NCBI GenBank assembly: GCA_965368975.1
Contig: CBDUPA010000003.1
Span: 385,387-449,386 of the forward strand
Reading direction: 5' to 3'
Source of the DNA: an uncultured bacterium
GTDB taxonomy: Bacteria; Acidobacteriota; Thermoanaerobaculia; Multivoradales; JAHZIX01
DNA length: 64,000 nt
Position 1 is the first letter of the stretch; each line of letters opens with the position of its first letter. Under the pieces are notes generated by a model. It worked only from the letters and a program-made list of their open reading frames with translations, was not told the origin of the DNA and did not search any database. Made by a program: the position numbers and the translations under genes. Below are positions 57,901-64,000 of this stretch, one piece after another.

Positions 57901-58614
57901 ATGCCCCAAAACACCCCCACCCCCCGCAGCAAGGCCTACCCAGCCATCCCCCTGGACGAAGCCCTGACCCTCACCTCGACCCTGCTCGACGCTCTCGGCA
58001 GCCACCCGGCCACCCGCGCCGACATTGCTTCCGAGCTGGGCTATGAGAGTTCCGAAGGCGGTGTCGCCGGACGCAAGATCGCGGCGCTGGTGCACTACGG
58101 GCTGCTCGAGCGTCGACGCGGTCGCTACACTCCGACGCCACTGGCTGAGCAGGCGATCCACCCGCGCTCTGACGCCGAACGTGACGCGGCACGGCGAGAG
58201 GCCCTGCGCTCACCGCAGCTCTTCCGCACCTTGCTGGAGCACTACGGCCGAGGCGACGATGCAGCGGTCTCGCTGCCGGCACAGCTCGAAGCCATCCTCA
58301 GTCGCGACCATGGCATCACACGGCGCGCCAGTGGTCATGCGGCGGACGTCTTTCGACGCTCGGCGCGCTTTGCTGGCCTGCTCGATGCACCAGCACGCCC
58401 GGCGGGGCAGGGGAAAGCGGCGATTGTCGGCTCGCCGACAACACAGAGAAGTGATGATCCGGGGGAGCAGCGCATCGACCTGGCCCTGCCTGGAGGCCGG
58501 CTGGCGCGGCTGACGGTACCGCTGGATCTTGACGTGCGGGACGTGGAGCTGCTGCGTAGACTGCTGCTCAAGCAGCTCGAAATGCTCGAGCTGCAGGCTG
58601 AGATGCAACGGTGA
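57901..58614 (+). CDS. Hypothetical protein, winged-helix-like DNA-binding
   Basis: YPAIPLDEAL...IASELGY...KIAALVHYGLLE...YTPTPLA wHTH-like pattern, a second helical domain and a short C-terminal beta-beta-alpha domain. Confidence 0.7.
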   Translation: MPQNTPTPRSKAYPAIPLDEALTLTSTLLDALGSHPATRADIASELGYESSEGGVAGRKIAALVHYGLLERRRGRYTPTPLAEQAIHPRSDAERDAARREALRSPQLFRTLLEHYGRGDDAAVSLPAQLEAILSRDHGITRRASGHAADVFRRSARFAGLLDAPARPAGQGKAAIVGSPTTQRSDDPGEQRIDLALPGGRLARLTVPLDLDVRDVELLRRLLLKQLEMLELQAEMQR

Positions 58615-58686
58615 GGCGAGATCGGGCCGTCTTGACCGGCCTGCGGCGTTGCTCGAACACCCCAGGGCGCAGTATCCTCAACGCTC

Positions 58687-59169
58687 ATGAAGACGTTGAT
58701 CCTCACCCATGGCAGGTTGGCTGACGAGTTGCTGGCGGCGGCCGAAATGATCGCCGGCAAGCAGGACTGCTTGGAAGCGTTGTCTCTCGAGTGGAGCGAC
58801 GGTTCCGAGGCGATCCACAAGAAGCTGGGACCGCGGCTCGATGGCATCGACGACGGTAGCGGCGTGCTGATTCTGACCGACATGTTTGGCGGCACACCGT
58901 GCAACGTCGCCCTGACCTTCGCCAACCCGGGCCGCATCGAAGTGGTGACCGGGGTCAATCTGCCGATGGTGATGCGCCTGGGGTGCACCTCGGCGGCAGA
59001 GGACAAGCGCGACGTGGCCGACGTGGCGCGCTGGCTGTGCCAGAAGGGGCAGCAGAGCATCCGTCGGGCCACAGACATGGGCGGCGGACCGCCGACCAAT
59101 CGACGCCTGCAGACCTCGACGGAGCTGGCGGCCGAGGGCGGCTTGACGAACAAGAGGGCGGGAGCGTGA
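58687..59169 (+). CDS. PTS EIIA, mannose/fructose (ManX) type
   Basis: ILTHG.LA, LTDMFGGTPCN, VTGVNLPM. Confidence 0.92.
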   Translation: MKTLILTHGRLADELLAAAEMIAGKQDCLEALSLEWSDGSEAIHKKLGPRLDGIDDGSGVLILTDMFGGTPCNVALTFANPGRIEVVTGVNLPMVMRLGCTSAAEDKRDVADVARWLCQKGQQSIRRATDMGGGPPTNRRLQTSTELAAEGGLTNKRAGA

Positions 59170-59480
59170 AACAGGAAGAGCTCAAGGTGGTCAACCGGCT
59201 GGGCCTGCACGCGCGGGCCGCAGCCAAGCTGGTCAACCTGACCAACCAGTTCCGCAGTCAGGTGACCCTGGTCAAGGAAGGTGAAGAAGTCGAGGGCAAG
59301 AGCATTCTAGGCATCCTTCTACTGGCGGCACCGCAGGGTTCAGAGCTCGAGCTGCGCTGCGAGGGTGACGACGAGACCGAGGCATGCATCGCGATCACCG
59401 ATCTGTTCGCGCGCGGATTCGACGAAGATACTGGACAGGACCAGAGCGGCGAACCTGGAATGGGGGAGCGCGGACGATGA
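59166..59480 (+). CDS. ptsH: Phosphocarrier protein HPr
   Basis: GLHARAAA (His15) and GKSILG (Ser46); GTG start overlaps the EIIA stop. Confidence 0.95.
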   Translation: MKQEELKVVNRLGLHARAAAKLVNLTNQFRSQVTLVKEGEEVEGKSILGILLLAAPQGSELELRCEGDDETEACIAITDLFARGFDEDTGQDQSGEPGMGERGR

Positions 59481-61330
59481 GTTCAGGCGGCAAGCCGATG
59501 GAGACCGTGCAGGGTGTTGCGCTGGCCGAAGGCATCGCCATCGGCCGTGCAGTGTGCATCGAGACACGCACGCTCGACATCTACCGCTTCCCCCTGCCCG
59601 AAGACGCCATCGACGCCGAGCTGGAGCGCCTGGAGCGAGCGGTGGAGCAGGCGAGTTCGGAGTTCGGCCGGCTGCGTCGCGACGTCGAGGACAACGAAGA
59701 CATTGGCGAAGAACTGCACGGGATCTTCGAGGCGCATATGCTGATGCTCAAGGATCCAACCTTCCTGGGACGCGTGCGCGACCGTATCGTTCAGGAACAC
59801 GTCAACGCCGAGTGGGCGGTGCAACGGTCGGCGGAAGAGTTGGCGGACCAGTTCGCGCGCATTGAGAACGAGTACCTGCGCCAGCGTAGCCAGGACCTGC
59901 TGGACGTTTCCGGCTACCTGCTGCGCGTGCTGCGCGGGCTGTCTCACCACGAGCTGAGCGAGATCAAAGGCGATATCATCCTGGTCGCCGACGACTTGCC
60001 GCCAGCCGAGGCCGTGCGCCTGGGGCGCGAGCGCGTAGTGGGGTTCGCCACCGAGTCGGGGGGCCGCACCTCGCACACGACGCTGATCGCGCGCTCGCTC
60101 AACCTACCGATGCTCGCCGGCCTGCCCGACATCACGGCATTGGTGACCGACGAAGACCCGGTCATCGTCGACGGCACCAGCGGCAAGTTCATCTTGCACC
60201 CCACCGCCGAGACGCTGCGCCACTACCGCCGTCTTCAGCGCGACCGGGCCCAGCAGGAGCAAGCCCTCTTGGCCACCAAAGATCTACCAGCACGAACCCG
60301 CGACGGCGTGCAAGTGCAGTTGATGGCCAACATCGACCTGCCCGAAGAGATCGACGACGCGGTGAACTTCGGGGCCAACGGCATCGGCCTCTATCGCAGC
60401 GAGTTTCTCTACATCGAGCGCAGCCCCGACCTGCCGACCGAGGACGATCACTACCAGATCTACCGGCGTCTGGCGGAAGCCATGGCGCCGCACCCTGTGA
60501 TTATCCGTACGTATGATCTCGGTGGGCGCAAGGTCGCGCGGGAGATGATGGACTCGGATGAAGAGAATCCGGTGCTCGGTTTGCGTGGGATTCGACTCAC
60601 GATGGCACGGCCACAGATCTTCCGCATCCAGTTGCGTGCGCTGTTCCGTGCCGCCTTGCACGGCGACGTATGGATCATGCTGCCCCTGGTCACGACGGTG
60701 GAGGAGGTGCGGGTGTTTCGCACCTTCGCCGACGAGATTCTCGACGAGTTGGAGGCCGAGGGCGTGCCGTGCTGCCGGACCTTCAAGCTCGGCGTGATGA
60801 TCGAAGTGCCGTCAGCGGCGATGATCGCCGACCTGCTGGCACGCGAAGTCGACTTCTTCTCGATCGGCACCAACGACCTGATCCAGTACGCCCTGGCGGT
60901 AGATCGCAACAACAAGCACGTGTCCTATCTCTACCAGCCCCTTCATCCTGCCATCCTGCGCATGCTACGCTTTGTTGTGGACAGTGCCCGGGCGGTTGGT
61001 ATCGAGGTGAGCCTGTGCGGCGAAATGGCCGCCGAGTATGCACCGCTGCTGGTCGGCTTGGGACTGCGCCGCTTATCCATGAGTCCACGCACGGTACCGA
61101 CTGTCAAGAAGCGCATCCGCCAGCTCAGTGCTGGCCGTCTGCGCGAGCTGGCAGATGCCTGTGGACAGCTGGAAACCGCCGAGCAGGTCGCCGAGCGTCT
61201 GCAAGGATTCCTCAATGCCGCCTCCGCAGCCGACGCCGCCGAGGCGGCCACCGTAGCGGAAAGCCAAGACAACCCAGCCGACGGCCGCCTCACGGCAGCC
61301 TCGGCCGCAGACCACGAGATGCTGGCATGA
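59477..61330 (+). CDS. ptsI: PEP-protein phosphotransferase (Enzyme I)
   Basis: [47 protein letters not shown]. Confidence 0.96.
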   Translation: MSSGGKPMETVQGVALAEGIAIGRAVCIETRTLDIYRFPLPEDAIDAELERLERAVEQASSEFGRLRRDVEDNEDIGEELHGIFEAHMLMLKDPTFLGRVRDRIVQEHVNAEWAVQRSAEELADQFARIENEYLRQRSQDLLDVSGYLLRVLRGLSHHELSEIKGDIILVADDLPPAEAVRLGRERVVGFATESGGRTSHTTLIARSLNLPMLAGLPDITALVTDEDPVIVDGTSGKFILHPTAETLRHYRRLQRDRAQQEQALLATKDLPARTRDGVQVQLMANIDLPEEIDDAVNFGANGIGLYRSEFLYIERSPDLPTEDDHYQIYRRLAEAMAPHPVIIRTYDLGGRKVAREMMDSDEENPVLGLRGIRLTMARPQIFRIQLRALFRAALHGDVWIMLPLVTTVEEVRVFRTFADEILDELEAEGVPCCRTFKLGVMIEVPSAAMIADLLAREVDFFSIGTNDLIQYALAVDRNNKHVSYLYQPLHPAILRMLRFVVDSARAVGIEVSLCGEMAAEYAPLLVGLGLRRLSMSPRTVPTVKKRIRQLSAGRLRELADACGQLETAEQVAERLQGFLNAASAADAAEAATVAESQDNPADGRLTAASAADHEMLA

Positions 61331-61689
61331 AGGTACCGATTCGCCGGATCGAAAAGCCCTGGGGCTACGAACTGATCTTCGCCCACACCCCCAAGTACGT
61401 GGGGAAGATCTTGCACGTAGACGCCGGACATGCGCTGTCCCTGCAATACCACGAGGTCAAGGACGAGACCCTCTACATGCACGAGGGGTCCGTCGAATTG
61501 GTGGTCGAGGAGGAAGGCGAGCTGGTGTCGCAAACCCTGGAGGCTGGCGACTCGTACCACATCCGCCCGTACACCAAGCACCGCATGGTGGCGGGAGAGA
61601 ACGGCTGCGACATCATCGAGGTCTCCACCCCGGAGTTGGACGATGTGGTACGACTCGAAGATCGCTACGGCCGTGCCGCCAGCGACTAG
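61327..61689 (+). CDS. Cupin (mannose-6-phosphate isomerase type II C-terminal-like)
   Basis: [41 protein letters not shown]. Confidence 0.88.
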   Translation: MKVPIRRIEKPWGYELIFAHTPKYVGKILHVDAGHALSLQYHEVKDETLYMHEGSVELVVEEEGELVSQTLEAGDSYHIRPYTKHRMVAGENGCDIIEVSTPELDDVVRLEDRYGRAASD

Positions 61690-61762
61690 CCCTCCCGCCT
61701 CGCTTTCCCCATCTGTTCTTCAGGCAGCGCCTGGCGCGCCGACGAGGCTGCAGCTCATCGGG

Positions 61763-62542
61763 TTGGCGCTCGGTGCCAGTCTGCTCTGCAGCAACATAGC
61801 GTGTAGCAGCGCGCCGGATCCCGACGATCCTACCGCTGCCGGTTTCTCGGTGCCCCCTACCCAGGCAGCGCCGCCGCCGACGGTTCGGCCGAGCGGACCG
61901 CCGCCTCCGCCGCCGTCCAAGGTGGTCGAGATCAAGCCCTCGAACGGTGAAGAAGAACTGCGCTCGCTGGTCCAGGCGGCGGAAGCCGAACGCCAACGCC
62001 GGCGGCAGTTGAGCGGAGAATCGACGATTGTCATCAACAATCAGAATCTCGCCGACTATGCCAAAGACGGGCAGTTGACCTACGTCGAGGAAGCTGCAGC
62101 GGGAGCATCGGCGCCGGCAGTGGAAGCGACACCGGAGAGCGATCGACGCCAGGATGAAGACTACTGGCGCGGCCGGGCCATCGATATCCGCCTCAAGTGG
62201 CGCCGTGCGGTCGAGGACACGGACGTGCTCAAGGATCGCATCGCCCGTCTGCGACAAGACTTCTACCGAGAAGATGACCCCTATATCCGGGACGGCCAGA
62301 TCAAGCCGCAGTGGGACAAGGCGCTGGTCGACCTGGAGCAAGCGCGCGACGATGCACGCAGGTACCAGGCAGAGTTGGACTCGTTGTTCCAGGAGGCTCA
62401 GGACCTCGGTGTCGAGCTGGTCTGGTTACAGGAGGGAGTCGACCTGGAGCCAGACGGAACGACCGACACGGCGACTCGAGACGACAGCGATACGCGGCAT
62501 CGTAGCGAGAGCCCGGAGCGTTACGCGCCTCCGCCTCGCTGA
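61763..62542 (+). CDS. Hypothetical lipoprotein with coiled-coil C-terminus (start uncertain)
   Basis: Lipobox-like SNIAC, Pro-rich linker, EDYWRGR coiled-coil region; followed by a terminator. Confidence 0.6.
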   Translation: MALGASLLCSNIACSSAPDPDDPTAAGFSVPPTQAAPPPTVRPSGPPPPPPSKVVEIKPSNGEEELRSLVQAAEAERQRRRQLSGESTIVINNQNLADYAKDGQLTYVEEAAAGASAPAVEATPESDRRQDEDYWRGRAIDIRLKWRRAVEDTDVLKDRIARLRQDFYREDDPYIRDGQIKPQWDKALVDLEQARDDARRYQAELDSLFQEAQDLGVELVWLQEGVDLEPDGTTDTATRDDSDTRHRSESPERYAPPPR

Positions 62543-62575
62543 TCGCAACCACATCGACTGCGGCCTTGCCTTGTG

Positions 62576-62609
62576 AAAGCGGTCCTTCGGGGCCGCTTTT
62601 GCCGTTTTT
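62576..62609 (+). terminator. Rho-independent terminator
   Basis: AAAGCGGTCC-TTCG-GGGCCGCTTT followed by T-rich sequence. Confidence 0.8.
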
Positions 62610-62689
62610 GCTCTTGCGCCGCGGGCCGGAATCAGGTATTCAAGACGGCCACGGCACGGTGGATCGTGCCTTTCAGGAGATTCCTTCAG

Positions 62690-63981
62690 ATGAGCGATAG
62701 CCAGAAACCATCCGTCCACCCCCGCTTTCAGGTCCTGCAGCCGCCTGCGGCTCCAGCACCAAAGCGGTTTTATATCGAGACCTGGGGCTGCCAGATGAAC
62801 GAGCTGGATACGCAGCGCATGGCGGGTCAGCTGATGGCCGAAGGCGTGCTACCGACGCGCGAGCCAGCCGAGGCGGACATCATTCTGCTCAACTCGTGCT
62901 CGGTTCGCGAGAAAGCGGAGATGAAGTCGTACTCGCGGCTAGGGGAGTACCGCAAGCTGAAGACAGAGAAGCGCCATCTGTTGATCGGCTTCTGCGGCTG
63001 CGTGGCGCAGCAAGAGGGGGAGCAGGCACTCAAGCGGGTGCCAGACCTCGACTTCGTCCTCGGCCCGGCGCGGGTCGGCGAGCTACGCCAGGTAGTCGAG
63101 CGCACGCGAGCAGGGGAGCGGGTAGTTGCCACGGGTTTCCCGGAACAGCGGGACTTCGATATCGATGCCGTCTCGCGCGACGGCAGCTACAAGGGGATGG
63201 TGACCTTGATCGAGGGTTGCAACAAGCGGTGCACTTTCTGCATCGTGCCCAGCACGCGCGGTCCAGAACGCTGCCGGCCCTTCGACGACATCCTCGCCGA
63301 GGTTCGGCATCTGGTGGGCTACGGGTTCAATGAGATCGAGCTGCTCGGTCAGACCGTCAATCACTGGCGCGACCCCGAGCTGGATCTTGACTTTGCCGAC
63401 GTGCTGAACGCGGTAGCCCGCATCGACGGCGTCCATCGCTTGCGCTTCGTTACCTCGTATCCACGCGACTTCACGCCGCGCATGGTCGAGCAACTGGGCC
63501 TTCACGAGAACATCTGTCCCTACCTGCATCTGCCGGTGCAGTCCGGTTCCAACACGGTACTGCGGCGCATGGGACGCGGCTACACACGCGAGGAGTACCT
63601 CGGGCTGATCGGCCAGATCAAGCGTGCGCGACCGGACATCGCGCTGTCGACCGACATGATCGTCGGCTTCCCTGGAGAGACGGAGGACGACTTCCAGGAA
63701 ACACTCGACCTGGTGCGTGAGGTCCGCTTCGGCTCGCTGTACGCCTTCATGTACTCGGTGCGTCCCGGCACTGCTGCGCCGCGCTTGGATGGGCACGTCG
63801 ATCCCGAGGTTGCCAGTCGCCGGCTGCAGGATCTCTTCCAGGTGCAAGAGAAGATCGGTCGGGAACTGAACGAGCAGCTGGTGGGGCAGGAGCGAGACGT
63901 CGTGGTCACCGGCTGGAGCAAGCAGCCTGGCACCATGATGGGCCGTACCCCCTGCCATCGGATCGTCCACTTCCCGGTCGC
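62690..63981 (+). CDS. miaB: tRNA-2-methylthio-N6-dimethylallyladenosine synthase MiaB (3' partial; absent from ORF track because no stop)
   Basis: Translated by hand from ATG 62690: FYIETWGCQMNELD, NSCSVREKAE, radical-SAM GCNKRCTFCIVP, HLPVQSGS, IVGFPGET. Confidence 0.95.
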
Positions 63982-64000
63982 GGGGGGGGGGGGGGGGGGG
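63982..64000. other. Terminal poly-G run, probable sequencing/assembly artefact
   Basis: 19 consecutive G at the window end, inside miaB. Confidence 0.8.

Noticed and set aside
1157-63981. miaA and miaB in the same window as a functional cluster
   Set aside because: They are about 60 kb apart in separate operons; likely coincidental.
63982-64000. Poly-G tract as a phase-variation or G-quadruplex element in miaB
   Set aside because: It lies exactly at the sequence end; typical two-colour sequencing artefact.

Overview
High-GC bacterial chromosomal segment, probably from a metagenome assembly. Gene content (LptC-LptA fusion, exosortase H, VPS10/BNR protein, rpoN-hpf-ptsN-hprK-rapZ operon) suggests Acidobacteriota; this is inference. 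The core backbone is comEC(partial)-miaA-hfq, smc, priA-accA-recJ-lptC/A-lptB-rpoN-hpf-ptsN-hprK-rapZ, EIIA-ptsH-ptsI and miaB(partial). There are five accessory blocks. (1) An NRPS-less operon: sbnA-sbnB, a SyrD/PvdE-type exporter, a half-degenerate carboxyltransferase and a proline-4-hydroxylase-like dioxygenase. (2) A PAS kinase and sigma54 activator followed by a clear -24/-12 promoter and a fimT-pilV-pilW-pilX-pilY1-FxLYD operon. (3) Exosortase H plus partner, divergent from a secreted protein with 2 lamin-tail domains and 4 PLD motifs. (4) An A/T-richer defence islet: broken UPF0175 antitoxin, DSR1-like SIR2 protein, VapBC. (5) A ~2.6 kb insertion splitting the PTS operon, carrying a GTAG-REP doublet, a Roc-COR gene collapsed by three deletions, an array of eight CTGTG(G/C) boxes and an unknown winged-helix-like gene. 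Block 5 is the least explained and the best candidate for something undescribed. No rRNA, tRNA or CRISPR array was seen. The terminal poly-G is probably a sequencing artefact. All family calls come from motif recognition by eye, not from database searches.
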